Assembly (NCBI GenBank): GCA_045560235.1
Contig: JBJKZP010000008.1
Coordinates: forward strand, 76,148 to 140,147
DNA from: Fidelibacterota bacterium
GTDB taxonomy: Bacteria > Fidelibacterota > Marinisomatia > Marinisomatales > Marinisomataceae
Length of the DNA stretch: 64,000 bases
Direction of reading: 5' to 3'
Translations under genes and position numbers: made by a program
Shown: positions 38,651 to 49,111 of the stretch, one piece after another
How positions within the stretch are numbered: the first letter of the stretch is position 1
Layout: each line of letters begins with the position of its first letter
The notes under the pieces: generated by a model
Seen by the model: the letters and a program-made list of their open reading frames with translations, nothing else
Told to the model about the DNA's origin: nothing
The model's database searches: none

Positions 38651-41029
38651 ATGAAAACTATAAAATTATTAGTATTTATAGCATGTATTTTTTCATCAGT
38701 ATTTACTCAGGAAGTCACTCTGTACAGAGTGAATGTAGAGGGGAATAATACCACATCTGATAAAATGATTAAGTATTCCGCTGGCTTGCGAGATGGAACG
38801 AAAATCCAAAGAGCTGATATTTCTACTGCTATAACACGATTGTGGGATTTAGGCTTATTTGATGATATAGATATTGTATTAAATAATGAATCACAATATG
38901 GCGTAGAAATTACTATTAAAGTGTCCGAGAGCCCTATCTTAAACCAGGTATTGTTTGACGGTATGACAGTAAGAGAGGGAAGATTTAAGGAAAAAATTGA
39001 GCTTAAATCTGGTCAAAGAATAAAGTTAAATTCACTTGAAAAAGCATCTAGAAAAATTACTGAAATGTATAAGGAAGATGGATATTTTAATGTAGAAGTT
39101 GTTCCATCAATTATAGCTCCGCAGGATACAATTGTTAGAGTTAATTTTTCAAAAGATGTACTATTTACAGTCAAAGAAAACAAAAAGTATAAATTAAAAT
39201 CCATTACTTTTGAAGGAAATAAAAATTTCTCAAATCGCAAACTCAGAAAAGAACTAACCAATACAAAGCAAAAAAAATGGTGGTCATTTTGGGTTAAAAA
39301 TTTTAATACTAAAACATTTGATGAAGATAAAGAGGCCCTATTGTCATTTTATCAGAACAATGGCCATAGAGATTTTAGAGTGTTGAGTGACACTTTGTTG
39401 GTTGACGAAGAAAGCGCTTCATTAACACTTCAAATTAATATCGATGAAGGTTCAAAATATTATTTTAGAAATTTTTCTTTTGAAGGTAACCAAATAGCAG
39501 AAGAAAATGAGTTGAGACAGCTTTTAGGAATAAGTGAAGGTAGTCTTTTTTCTAAACAACAGTTTAATAAGTCTGTTTATGAAAATATGATGAGCGTTTA
39601 TCAAGATAAAGGCTACATTTTTAGTAACGTTACACCTGAAATTGTTCCTTCTGGAAAAGATTCTCTTGATGTAAAATTTATCTTTAATGAGGGGAATAAG
39701 GTTTTTGTAGAAAATATTTTTATTTCTGGAAACGACAAAACCCGTGAAAATGTTATTCGTAGAGAGTTAAGACTATATCCTGGAGATGTTTTTAGCAGAT
39801 CAAAGTTGATGAGGAGCCAAAGAGATGTTTGGATTTTAAATTATTTTGATAATGTAGTGCCTGATGTCACTCCAATTGCAGATGATAAAGTTAATCTTGA
39901 TTTTGTTGTTGAAGAGAAGAAATCAACTCAGAGAGTAAATGCAAATCTTGGCTTTACGGGCGAATACGGAGTCACTGGAGGAGTAGGAGTTGAATTTGAT
40001 AACTTTAGAGGTAAGGGACAAAAATTGAATATTGGTATAAGCACAGGAACAAATTTCTCTGTTTATTCCACTCAAGAACCTTCAAAATACAAATCTTTAA
40101 ATATTAGCTTTCAAGATCCAATGATAAATGATAGTCCGTATTTAGTTGGCGCCTCTATTTTTTATTCATACAGAGGGTCATCAACTAATTATTATTTTCC
40201 TTTAGATTTTACTGTTGGAGGAGCAGTTGCAAGTTTTGGGAGAAGATTAGAATGGCCAGATGATTTTTTTAGAGTAATGTGGTCTGCTAAATATATGCAG
40301 AAAGAATATGAAGGATCAGAAGAAGATATTAATAATTACATTGGAGGTCTTCGAAAGACTAGAGGGATTAGTTTATCTCAGGTTTTAACTAGAGATAGCC
40401 GCAATAGAGCTGAATTTCCTACCAACGGTTCTACATTTATTTTAGAAAATACATATTCTGGTGGTTTGTTGGGAGGAAATGAAAATTTTCATAAACATTT
40501 ATTAACACTTGAATGGTTTACACCAACTTTTTCTAAATTTATACTTTTTAATTCTGCAAAAATTGGTCTGATTAAAACAATAGATGTAGGAGATAACACC
40601 CAAACATTTATTCCTTTTGATGAAAGATATATTATGGGGGGGAATGGTATTCCATATGGTAATGCATTAAGAGGCTACCCTGATAATGTTATAGGCCCCC
40701 AAACAGTTTCTGGACAAGCTGTAGGAGGTAATTCTATGGCGCGTTTTATTACTGAATTAAGATATCCACTATCAGATAACCCAGTAATTTATATGATGGC
40801 CTTTGCAGAGATGGGGAATGTGTGGAATACATCTGCATTGACAGAGCCATTTTACATTGATAGATTTAGCTCTATTTCAATGAAAAAATCAGCAGGAGTT
40901 GGTGTTAGGTTTTTTATGCCAGGAATTGGTAAATTAGGATTTGATATGGGTTACGGATTTGATGATATAACTGGTGATGGCAACCCACAGGGATGGGAGT
41001 ATACCATTACATTTGGACAAACTTTTTAA
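38651..41029 (+). CDS. bamA: Outer membrane protein assembly factor BamA
   Basis: 792 aa. Signal peptide, POTRA repeats (I..I.FEGN...S...L) and an Omp85 barrel ending ...GWEYTITFGQTF. Confidence 0.93.
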   Translation: MKTIKLLVFIACIFSSVFTQEVTLYRVNVEGNNTTSDKMIKYSAGLRDGTKIQRADISTAITRLWDLGLFDDIDIVLNNESQYGVEITIKVSESPILNQVLFDGMTVREGRFKEKIELKSGQRIKLNSLEKASRKITEMYKEDGYFNVEVVPSIIAPQDTIVRVNFSKDVLFTVKENKKYKLKSITFEGNKNFSNRKLRKELTNTKQKKWWSFWVKNFNTKTFDEDKEALLSFYQNNGHRDFRVLSDTLLVDEESASLTLQINIDEGSKYYFRNFSFEGNQIAEENELRQLLGISEGSLFSKQQFNKSVYENMMSVYQDKGYIFSNVTPEIVPSGKDSLDVKFIFNEGNKVFVENIFISGNDKTRENVIRRELRLYPGDVFSRSKLMRSQRDVWILNYFDNVVPDVTPIADDKVNLDFVVEEKKSTQRVNANLGFTGEYGVTGGVGVEFDNFRGKGQKLNIGISTGTNFSVYSTQEPSKYKSLNISFQDPMINDSPYLVGASIFYSYRGSSTNYYFPLDFTVGGAVASFGRRLEWPDDFFRVMWSAKYMQKEYEGSEEDINNYIGGLRKTRGISLSQVLTRDSRNRAEFPTNGSTFILENTYSGGLLGGNENFHKHLLTLEWFTPTFSKFILFNSAKIGLIKTIDVGDNTQTFIPFDERYIMGGNGIPYGNALRGYPDNVIGPQTVSGQAVGGNSMARFITELRYPLSDNPVIYMMAFAEMGNVWNTSALTEPFYIDRFSSISMKKSAGVGVRFFMPGIGKLGFDMGYGFDDITGDGNPQGWEYTITFGQTF

Positions 41030-41043
41030 ACAAGGAGAATAAA

Positions 41044-41541
41044 GTGTATAAAAAAATATTAACGGTATTACTACTAACAGGAATAGTTTTTTCACAGCAA
41101 AAAGTTGGTATAGTTTTTATGGAAAAACTAAGATTGGACTATGAAGGTTTTAAGGATGCTCAGCAGCAGCTTCAGTTGGAGCTGGAAGTTATTCAGAAAG
41201 AATATCAATCTATGGCAACAAAATTAGATAGCATGATGAAAGAATATGATCAACAAAGCCTCATGATGTCTGATGAGTTAAAAAAGGCTAAAGAGCAAGA
41301 TATAAGAGATATGGATACATCAATGCAAAGTTATCAGCTATCAAAAGTTGGGCCTCAGGGAGAATTCACAAGAAAACAACAACAGCTTGAATTTGATTTA
41401 ATGAATCAGATAAAAGAAGCAGTTGATAAGGTGGCTATTGATGGAGGTTTTGATTTAATTTTAGATGGCTCCTCTTCCTCTTTATATACTAAACCTACTT
41501 TAAATATTACCGATAGCGTCCTTACAGAACTTAGATCTTAA
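41044..41541 (+). CDS. skp: OmpH/Skp-family periplasmic chaperone
   Basis: ORF 40993.. trimmed to GTG 41044, with AAGGAG at 41032-41037. Signal peptide (M)YKKILTVLLLTGIVFSQ and a Q/E/K-rich coiled body, between bamA and lpxD. Confidence 0.8.
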   Translation: MYKKILTVLLLTGIVFSQQKVGIVFMEKLRLDYEGFKDAQQQLQLELEVIQKEYQSMATKLDSMMKEYDQQSLMMSDELKKAKEQDIRDMDTSMQSYQLSKVGPQGEFTRKQQQLEFDLMNQIKEAVDKVAIDGGFDLILDGSSSSLYTKPTLNITDSVLTELRS

Positions 41542-41553
41542 ATTAGGAAAGAT

Positions 41554-42549
41554 TTGTTTACTCTTAAAGAGGTTGCTGATAAAGTTGAAGGAGTATTGAT
41601 TGGTGATCAGTCAATACAAATTTCTTCGGTTGATGATATAGCTTTATCTTCAAAAGGCTCTATCACGTTTGCTTTTCTTCCAAAGTATCAAAAAGCGATT
41701 ATTCAATCTAAAGCTTCAGCATTTATTGTAATATCTGAAAAAGATTTAAATAAGAAAAATGGGATTGTTGTAAAAAATCCATACTTAGCAATGATCACTA
41801 TTTTAGATATGTTTGATCAGCGCCCTGTCCCTACTTGTGAAATTTCAGAGAATTCTATTATTCATAGTTCAGTAGATAAAAAACAAAATTTACACGTAGG
41901 AGCTTTTTCTGTAATTAATAAAAATGTTATTTTAGGAAATAATGTTTATATAGGAAGCGGAGTTGTGGTTAATTCAGGTTCTGTGATTGAAGACAATTCT
42001 GTTATTTATGATAATGTTGTTCTTTATGACAATACTATTGTTGGGGAAAATAGCATTATTCATTCAGGAGCAGTTGTTGGTAGCGATGGATTTGGTTATC
42101 ATACTGATAATAAGGTACACCATAAAATACCACATATAAAATCAGTTATAATTGGTAATAATGTTGAAATTGGAGCTTCATGCACAATTGACAGAGGGTC
42201 AGTTCAAGATACTGTTATAGGAGATTTTTCTAAATTAGATAATCAAGTGCACTTAGCACATAATGTCAAATTAGGGCATGGATGTTTATTAGCTGGCGGC
42301 GTCTTTGTAGCAGGAAGTACAACAATAGAAAATTTTGTAACAATTGCGGGGAAGACTGATATTGGCCCACACCTAACAATTGGCGAAAAAGCGGTTATTG
42401 CTGCGCGATCCTGTGTTCTTAAATCTTTGACTGGTTCAAAAATGTATGCTGGTAATCCTGCGAGACCAATTAAAGAAAAGCAAAAAAGAGACGCACTTTT
42501 TACAAGATTTGAAATATTAGAAAAAAAATTGAAAAAAAATGCCATCTAA
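41554..42549 (+). CDS. lpxD: UDP-3-O-acylglucosamine N-acyltransferase
   Basis: 331 aa, TTG start. N-terminal [13 protein letters not shown] pattern, hexapeptide-repeat LbH body, G.PARPI. Confidence 0.92.
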   Translation: MFTLKEVADKVEGVLIGDQSIQISSVDDIALSSKGSITFAFLPKYQKAIIQSKASAFIVISEKDLNKKNGIVVKNPYLAMITILDMFDQRPVPTCEISENSIIHSSVDKKQNLHVGAFSVINKNVILGNNVYIGSGVVVNSGSVIEDNSVIYDNVVLYDNTIVGENSIIHSGAVVGSDGFGYHTDNKVHHKIPHIKSVIIGNNVEIGASCTIDRGSVQDTVIGDFSKLDNQVHLAHNVKLGHGCLLAGGVFVAGSTTIENFVTIAGKTDIGPHLTIGEKAVIAARSCVLKSLTGSKMYAGNPARPIKEKQKRDALFTRFEILEKKLKKNAI

Positions 42550-43456
42550 ACAGCAAACAATTAAACATTCAGTGTCATGTACGGGAGTAGGACTCCATAC
42601 AGGGGTTCAAAGCACTGTGACATTCCATCCTGCTGAAGAAAATACTGGTATTAGATTTATTCGGAATGATATGAAGGACCAAATTATTACACCAGATATT
42701 GATAATGTAGTTGATCTCAAAAGAGGTACTACAATTGAAGAAAATGGTGTAAGAGTGCATACAACAGAACACGTAATGTCAGCTTGTGCTGGTATGAGAA
42801 TTAATAATTTAATTATAGAGCTTAATAGTAAAGAGCCTCCTGTAATGGATGGAAGCTCTAAAGATTTTGTATTATGTCTTAAAGAAGGAGAAATAATTCA
42901 ACAAAATGCAGAAGTAGATTTCTTAGAGATTACCAAGCCAGTAGTTTATAACGATGAGGAAAAAGATGTTGAAGTTTTAGCCGTTCCTTTTGACGGTTTT
43001 AAAACCACTTTTACTATTCAATATGATTTAGATGATTTAGATGTACAATATAGTTCAATACAAAATGCCTATACCAACTATGAAACTCAAATAGCTCCTG
43101 CCAGAACTTTTTGTTTATTAAGCGAAGTAACGGAACTGACAAAACAAGGCCTTATTAGGGGTGGAAACCTAGGTAATGCAGTTATTATTGTCGATAAGGA
43201 TATGGACGGAGATGAAGTAAAATATTTTCAAGAAAAATTTGGTATTAAATTTTATCAAGGAACAAAAGGGTTATATAAATCTCAACAATTACGCTTTAAA
43301 AATGAGCCAGTTAGACATAAGACATTGGATTTAATCGGAGACTTAGCTCTTTTAGGAAAACCAATAAAGGGGCATGTAACGGCTATTAAAAGTGGACATA
43401 AGGGGAATGTAGAGTTTGCTAAATTATTAAGAAAAGAGTTTATTGATCAATTCTAA
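42539..43456 (+). CDS. lpxC: UDP-3-O-acyl-N-acetylglucosamine deacetylase
   Basis: 305 aa. QQTIK....[35 protein letters not shown]. Confidence 0.92.
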   Translation: MPSKQQTIKHSVSCTGVGLHTGVQSTVTFHPAEENTGIRFIRNDMKDQIITPDIDNVVDLKRGTTIEENGVRVHTTEHVMSACAGMRINNLIIELNSKEPPVMDGSSKDFVLCLKEGEIIQQNAEVDFLEITKPVVYNDEEKDVEVLAVPFDGFKTTFTIQYDLDDLDVQYSSIQNAYTNYETQIAPARTFCLLSEVTELTKQGLIRGGNLGNAVIIVDKDMDGDEVKYFQEKFGIKFYQGTKGLYKSQQLRFKNEPVRHKTLDLIGDLALLGKPIKGHVTAIKSGHKGNVEFAKLLRKEFIDQF

Positions 43457-43457
43457 T

Positions 43458-43889
43458 ATGAAGGATATTAATTATATAATAAAGATGATGCCTCACAGGT
43501 ATCCATTCCTTATGATTGATAAGGTCATAGATAAAAAAGATAAATCAAATATTCAGACTATTAAAAATGTAACAATTAATGAACCATATTTTTCTGGTCA
43601 TTTTCCGGAAAAACCTATTATGCCAGGAGTTTTAATTATGGAATCTATGGCTCAGTCAGCATGTTTTATTATTTTAGACTATATTGATGAACCTAAGAAT
43701 CATTTAGTTTATTTATCTAAGGTTAATAATTTTAGAATTTTAAAGAATGTAATACCTGGTGATCAAATTATAATTAATGCAGAAACTATTAAGGAAAAGA
43801 TGGGTTCATTTAAATTTCGCGCTACATGTCATGTAGATAATGAATTGGTAGCCAAAGCAGAATTTATTGCATCTTTAGTTAAGAAATAG
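43458..43889 (+). CDS. fabZ: 3-hydroxyacyl-[ACP] dehydratase FabZ
   Basis: LPHRYPFLMIDKV, NEPYFSGHFPEKPIMPGVLIMESMAQ. The first ATG at 43458 lies 1 nt after the lpxC stop; the track's TTG 43443 would overlap lpxC by 14 nt. Confidence 0.92.
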   Translation: MKDINYIIKMMPHRYPFLMIDKVIDKKDKSNIQTIKNVTINEPYFSGHFPEKPIMPGVLIMESMAQSACFIILDYIDEPKNHLVYLSKVNNFRILKNVIPGDQIIINAETIKEKMGSFKFRATCHVDNELVAKAEFIASLVKK

Positions 43890-43895
43890 GAGTCA

Positions 43896-44672
43896 GTGAT
43901 TAGTAATAAAATACATAAAACAAATATTATTTCTACCTCAGCAAAAATTGGTAATAATGTTACAATTGGAGCATACAATGTTATTGAAGACAATGTAATT
44001 ATTGGTGATAATACAAAAATTGGGAATTTTAACACAATTTCTGAGTTTACTGAAATAGGGAATGATTGCCATATTATTAACAATAGTAGCATAGGGGCAA
44101 TCCCTCAAGATAAAAAATTTGAAGGAGAAAAAACAAAACTTGTGGTAGGAGACAGAACCATAATAAGAGAATTTGTTACTTTAAACAGAGGCACTAGAGA
44201 GACAGGAGAAACGAAAATTGGAGAAGATGTTTTAATTATGACAGGTGTTCATGTAGCACATGATTGTATCATTGGGAATAACGCTATTCTTGTAAATTTA
44301 GTTACTTTAGGAGGTCATGTTGAAATTGGCGATTGGGCTATTTTAGGCGGGGCAAGTAATGCTCATCAATTTTGCAAGGTTGGCAAGCATGCTATGGTTG
44401 CTGCAAACTCTAAGTTGGTACAAGATGTTCCTCCTTTTATTCTAGCAGGAAAACATCCCGTAAAGTATTCAGGCATTAACTCTTTGGGATTAACTAGAAG
44501 AGGTTTTGACGACAACCAAAAATCAAGTATTAAAAAAGCTTACAGATACCTTTTCAGATCAGACTTAAATCAATCAGATGCTTTAAACAGAATTAGAGAA
44601 GAATTCAAGGAAGAATCTAACATTCAAGATATTATAAAGTTTTATGAATCGAGTAAAAGAGGAATCATTTAG
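43896..44672 (+). CDS. lpxA: Acyl-[ACP]--UDP-N-acetylglucosamine O-acyltransferase
   Basis: 258 aa, GTG start with TAGGAG RBS. Hexapeptide repeats, GA.PQD.K..GE, NRGT, HVAHDC.IGN, G.N..GL.RRGF. Confidence 0.92.
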   Translation: MISNKIHKTNIISTSAKIGNNVTIGAYNVIEDNVIIGDNTKIGNFNTISEFTEIGNDCHIINNSSIGAIPQDKKFEGEKTKLVVGDRTIIREFVTLNRGTRETGETKIGEDVLIMTGVHVAHDCIIGNNAILVNLVTLGGHVEIGDWAILGGASNAHQFCKVGKHAMVAANSKLVQDVPPFILAGKHPVKYSGINSLGLTRRGFDDNQKSSIKKAYRYLFRSDLNQSDALNRIREEFKEESNIQDIIKFYESSKRGII

Positions 44673-44681
44673 ACCCTTAAA

Positions 44682-45818
44682 ATGAAAAAAAATATTTTTG
44701 TATTTGGATCTACTGGATCTATAGGAATCCAAACTCTTGATGTTTTATCAAATAGTAATATATATAATGTAGCTGGATTAAGCTGTAACTCTAATAGCAA
44801 CCTTTTATTTGATCAAGTAAAATTTTTTAATCCTTCTGTAGTAGCAATTAATGATATTCAATTGTCTCATGATTTAATTAATTACTGTAAGAAAAAAAAT
44901 ATTAAGCTTATTTATGGTGATAAATCTTCAAATAATGTTCCTCTTGATAATATTGATATTGCAGTAAATGCAATCGTCGGCACTCCTGGATTGCAGCCAA
45001 CAATTCATTTGGTTGAAAATGGAATAGATGTTGCACTAAGTAATAAAGAGTCTCTTGTTTTAGGGGGCCATATTATAATGCCTCTAGCAAAAAAGAATAA
45101 TGTTAAAATCTTACCTGTTGATAGTGAGCATTCAGCGATTTATCAATGTTTAAATGGTGAAAATAATTTTGAATTAAAAAAAATAATTTTAACAGGGAGT
45201 GGAGGGCCCTTTTTAAAAAGAAAATTAAATACTTTTAAATCTATAACCCCTGAAGAAGCATTGAACCACCCAAATTGGGATATGGGTAAAAAAATATCTA
45301 TAGATTCTGCTACTATGATGAACAAAGCATTAGAGTTGGTTGAAGCACTATGGTTATTCAATGTAAATCTTGACCAAATTGAGATTGTAATACACCCGCA
45401 ATCTATAGTTCATTCAATGGTAGAATTTGTTGATGGTTCTTATAAGGCACATTTAGGAGTTCCAGATATGAGAGTTCCAATCCAATATGCTTTAACCTAT
45501 CCAGCAAGGGAAAATACTGCTGTTGAAAGTTTAGATTTTACAGAAATGGAGTTACAATTTAGTAAACCTGATATTAATAGATACCCAGTATTATCATTAG
45601 TTAAGAAATTAATTGACGAAGGTGGAAATAGAGTTCCAATAATGAGTATCGCCAATGATTATATTGTACAAAAATTTTTAGATGAAGAAATAGCATTCAA
45701 TGAAATGTTTCCACTTCTTAAAAAAATAATTAACAAATTTTCAAGCAATAATCTACCAACGCCTGAAGATTTAATTAAATTAGATAGTAATATTAAACTA
45801 TATTTGGAGCCTAGGTAG
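44682..45818 (+). CDS. dxr: 1-deoxy-D-xylulose 5-phosphate reductoisomerase
   Basis: 378 aa. VFGSTGSIG.QTLDV, LSNKESLV, PVDSEHSAI.QC, LTGSGGPF, NHPNW.MG.KISIDSATMMNK.LE. Confidence 0.95.
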   Translation: MKKNIFVFGSTGSIGIQTLDVLSNSNIYNVAGLSCNSNSNLLFDQVKFFNPSVVAINDIQLSHDLINYCKKKNIKLIYGDKSSNNVPLDNIDIAVNAIVGTPGLQPTIHLVENGIDVALSNKESLVLGGHIIMPLAKKNNVKILPVDSEHSAIYQCLNGENNFELKKIILTGSGGPFLKRKLNTFKSITPEEALNHPNWDMGKKISIDSATMMNKALELVEALWLFNVNLDQIEIVIHPQSIVHSMVEFVDGSYKAHLGVPDMRVPIQYALTYPARENTAVESLDFTEMELQFSKPDINRYPVLSLVKKLIDEGGNRVPIMSIANDYIVQKFLDEEIAFNEMFPLLKKIINKFSSNNLPTPEDLIKLDSNIKLYLEPR

Positions 45819-45822
45819 AGAG

Positions 45823-46995
45823 ATGATTTATATATTAGCATTCATAGTATTAATCGGCGTCATAGTGTTTGTGCATGAACTTGGACATTATATGGCAGCG
45901 CGAAGTGTTGGAGTTGGCGTTGAGCGGTTCTCTATTGGTATGCCACCAAATTTTGTAGATTTTACCAAAACTAAAAAAGGATTAATTGTTGATATATATT
46001 TTTTTGCTATAAAAAATGGAAAAGTAAAATGGCAAAAAGTTTATTCAAATACAATATCATCATTAAACAACCCTTCAGAAACTATTTTTACTATTGGACT
46101 TTTACCTCTTGGAGGCTATGTCAAAATGAAAGGTATTTTAGACGAAAGCATGGATAGTGAATTTAAAGGAGAGAAAGACGAGCTTGAATCAAAGAACCCT
46201 ATCCAAAAAATATGGGTGATGAGCGCAGGGGTAATAATGAATCTTATACTCACTTTCTTTGTTTTTAGTCTTATTGGAAATTTGCAAGGGGATACAAAGC
46301 TTGAAAATTCAAATACAACAATTGATTTTATTGTTCCTGATCAACCAGCCTATAATGCTGGCTTACAAGCAGGTGATTCTTTTACAATAATTGAAGGGGA
46401 AAGTGTAGACAGTTGGTATGAAGCGGTTGCCCAAATTGAAAAATACCCGAATGAAAAAATTACGATATCATTTGATAGACAAGGTGAGGTTTATAATAAG
46501 GAAATTACTTTAGGATCTAGGCCTGATTTAGCTTCAGGTAGGGTGGATAGACAAGTAGGTTCTCTGGGAGTTTCTAAAACACAAATTCCTGTTGAATTAA
46601 ATTTTACAGAATCTTTTGTTTACGGATTTAATGAAACAGCGTGGGCGATGACCTTAATGACCTCTTCATTAAAGATGATTTTTCAAGGTAATGTTTCAAG
46701 AGATGAGGTAGGTAGCGTTATTATGATAGGAGATATGGCTGGACAAGCTGCTCAAGCTGGTCTAGTACCATTTTTATTTTTAATGGCACTAATTAGCGTA
46801 AATCTAGCATATATAAATATTTTACCAATACCAGGATTAGATGGTGGGCATATTGCATTAATTTTGCTGGAGTTACTTTTGGGAAGAAAGCTTTCAGTAA
46901 AAACTAGAATTAGAATTCAATCAGTTGGGATGTTTATTTTGTTATCATTAATGGTTTTTCTACTTCTAAATGATATTATTCGTGTACTTTTTTAA
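45823..46995 (+). CDS. rseP: RIP zinc metalloprotease RseP (site-2 protease, M50)
   Basis: 390 aa. HELGHY, PLGGYVKM, a single PDZ-like region, NILPIPGLDGGH. Confidence 0.88.
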   Translation: MIYILAFIVLIGVIVFVHELGHYMAARSVGVGVERFSIGMPPNFVDFTKTKKGLIVDIYFFAIKNGKVKWQKVYSNTISSLNNPSETIFTIGLLPLGGYVKMKGILDESMDSEFKGEKDELESKNPIQKIWVMSAGVIMNLILTFFVFSLIGNLQGDTKLENSNTTIDFIVPDQPAYNAGLQAGDSFTIIEGESVDSWYEAVAQIEKYPNEKITISFDRQGEVYNKEITLGSRPDLASGRVDRQVGSLGVSKTQIPVELNFTESFVYGFNETAWAMTLMTSSLKMIFQGNVSRDEVGSVIMIGDMAGQAAQAGLVPFLFLMALISVNLAYINILPIPGLDGGHIALILLELLLGRKLSVKTRIRIQSVGMFILLSLMVFLLLNDIIRVLF

Positions 46996-47689
46996 GCTTA
47001 AGAGTAATAATTCCTCTTCCTAACTTAATCATAATTTCTACAGGCACTAAAGAACCATTAATTAATGCATAGGAAACTTCCATATCACCTTTATTTTTTA
47101 AATTTGGTTGACCATTTTTTATAGGTGAAAGAGTATAGCCTGAAAATTTGCCATAAGGAGTTTTAATTGTTTTCAATCCCAAGTTTTTAACTTCAAGCTC
47201 CCTTGTTTTTCCAGCATCTACAATGTTAAATTTTTTTGAAGAATCAACAGGAATATCAAATTCTGAAAGTATTAATATTAGAGAATAGGGATCAAATATA
47301 TTTTCATTTACAATATATTCATTTCCATTTGTTACAGCTAATTCACCATTTATAAAAGTAGTAGATATTTTTTTCTTTCGTAACTCTCTTATGCTTTTAT
47401 TTTGTTTTACTACATTAAAGTTCTCTTGATTTATCCATACATCAATTTTATTTCGGATTTTATATATACTATCACCAAACTTTGAAGTCTTTACAGTAAA
47501 ATTCAAATGATAAACGTTAGTGCCCTTAATATTATCTGGTTTTTTAATTGATAAAGATGCTTCGCCAATCCTTATTTTTAAAAGGTCAATGTAGGCTTTA
47601 TATTCATATTTTATTTCCTTATCAAATTGATTTTCTGGATTCTCACCAAAAACTAAAGAAGCAAATAGAAAAATTACAATAAACTTCAT
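46976..47689 (-). CDS. DUF3108-like secreted protein
   Basis: 237 aa. Signal peptide MKFIVIFLFASLVFG, and a beta-rich pattern (IGEASLSI...Y.L.F.V.T....D.IY..R......I........FDPYSLILIL...) resembling DUF3108. Confidence 0.6.
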   Translation of the reverse strand: MKFIVIFLFASLVFGENPENQFDKEIKYEYKAYIDLLKIRIGEASLSIKKPDNIKGTNVYHLNFTVKTSKFGDSIYKIRNKIDVWINQENFNVVKQNKSIRELRKKKISTTFINGELAVTNGNEYIVNENIFDPYSLILILSEFDIPVDSSKKFNIVDAGKTRELEVKNLGLKTIKTPYGKFSGYTLSPIKNGQPNLKNKGDMEVSYALINGSLVPVEIMIKLGRGIITLKLKKVHE

Positions 47690-48253
47690 TTAGCGAACCT
47701 GAGATATTTGATTCATATCAATCATATAAATCTTTGATGGCTTATTTTTTATAATTCCATCGTCAATAAGCAAATCAATTTTATCACCAAACTTATTTTC
47801 AATTTCGTCTGGACAGTATAGAGGAGTTTCACCAGTTTTATTAATACTGGTGGTGGTTATAGGTTTGTTGTATGAAAATAAAACTGATTTTAAAAAAGTA
47901 TGATTAGGGATTCTAAAACCTATTTTACCATCTTTTGTTATTTTTTTATTAAAAGATTCAGAACAATATTTTGCTATACAAGTACTTCCATCTTTAAGTA
48001 TCTCTTTAATTTTTTTAGAAATATTTTTCTCTAAAATTAGTTTATTTTTAATAATATTGAAATCATGGACAATAATGCTCATTGGTTGAGCGCGCTTTTT
48101 AATCTTATTGATTTTAATGATACCATTAGTATTTTCAGCATCAGTGCCTATACCATAAATAGTATCAGTTGGATAGGCCACTATTTCCTTATTATTTAAT
48201 GCATTCAAGAAACTTTTCATGGCATCTGGGTGATTACTTTTAATTCTTTTCAT
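47690..48253 (-). CDS. tsaC: L-threonylcarbamoyladenylate synthase (TsaC/YrdC type)
   Basis: 187 aa. VAYPTDTIYGIG.DA, K.R....P.SI.V, TTSINKTGE. Confidence 0.85.
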   Translation of the reverse strand: MKRIKSNHPDAMKSFLNALNNKEIVAYPTDTIYGIGTDAENTNGIIKINKIKKRAQPMSIIVHDFNIIKNKLILEKNISKKIKEILKDGSTCIAKYCSESFNKKITKDGKIGFRIPNHTFLKSVLFSYNKPITTTSINKTGETPLYCPDEIENKFGDKIDLLIDDGIIKNKPSKIYMIDMNQISQVR

Positions 48254-49086
48254 TAATATTTCCTAACAGATTTCCATCGTTTATGAAACCAAAAATATTG
48301 TTCAGGAGAATTGCGAATAGTTCTTTCAATTTTACTAGTATATGACTGCACTATTGATTCGATACTTCCAGTGTTGTCAATTTTTTCAAATTTAGCTTCA
48401 TAGGTATCATCTTTCTTTATAATGCTAGCATAAATTAAGGGAATACCCTTTCTTTTGCTTAAAATTGCAGCCCCTGAGTGCGTTGATGATTTTATATTAA
48501 AAAAATTTGTTTCAACACCTCTTTTTTTGGCATCTTGATCACTTAATAGAACAAGAATATAATTATCTTTTAATGCCTTACTTAGAAGCTTTATTTCTCC
48601 ACCTTTGTATAGTTGTTTTTTTACAAATTTTTCTCTTATTTTTTTAAAAAATAAATCGGCACCACCACTTCTTTGTTTATAAGCTACACCAGCTACTTCA
48701 AATCCTTTTTTACTCAAAGAGAAAAATAATCTATCAAATGAACCATGATGAGAACTCACAAGGATAACACCTTTCTTTTTTAATAGTGAATCTGAAAGTA
48801 CCCCAATATTTTCAAATTTTATTTTTGAGGCATCATAATATTTTGGGAATGATATAAAGTCTAAAAAATCTTTTATATAAAATTTATAAGTTTCTTTCAT
48901 TATTTTTTTATACCATAAAATATCTTTTTCAGGGAAAGCCCACATAAGATTTTGTAGCACAACTTTTTGTCTCATTTTAAGTATATGGAATAGTAGACTA
49001 TAAATAATTTTATAGGTAATTTTGTATACAAATGTTGGAGCATTTCTCAAGTATAAAGAAAAGGCTTTTAGAAAAAAATACATCAC
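48253..49086 (-). CDS. Lipid A biosynthesis late acyltransferase-family protein (LpxL/HtrB-like)
   Basis: 277 aa. SSHHGSFD (H-x-x-x-x-D-like box), LLSDQD, C-terminal PEQYFWFHKRWK typical of PF03279. Opens GTG 49086 / ATG 49083. Confidence 0.78.
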   Translation of the reverse strand: MMYFFLKAFSLYLRNAPTFVYKITYKIIYSLLFHILKMRQKVVLQNLMWAFPEKDILWYKKIMKETYKFYIKDFLDFISFPKYYDASKIKFENIGVLSDSLLKKKGVILVSSHHGSFDRLFFSLSKKGFEVAGVAYKQRSGGADLFFKKIREKFVKKQLYKGGEIKLLSKALKDNYILVLLSDQDAKKRGVETNFFNIKSSTHSGAAILSKRKGIPLIYASIIKKDDTYEAKFEKIDNTGSIESIVQSYTSKIERTIRNSPEQYFWFHKRWKSVRKY

Positions 49087-49111
49087 CTAAATGTAAATCT
49101 TTGAATTACGA

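Noticed and set aside
42539-43889. lpxC/fabZ as a frameshifted pseudogene of a fused lpxC-fabZ
   Set aside because: Both ORFs are full length with all their motifs. fabZ has its own ATG 1 nt after the lpxC stop. I saw no homopolymer run at the junction that would suggest an indel. It is kept only as a low-interest check.
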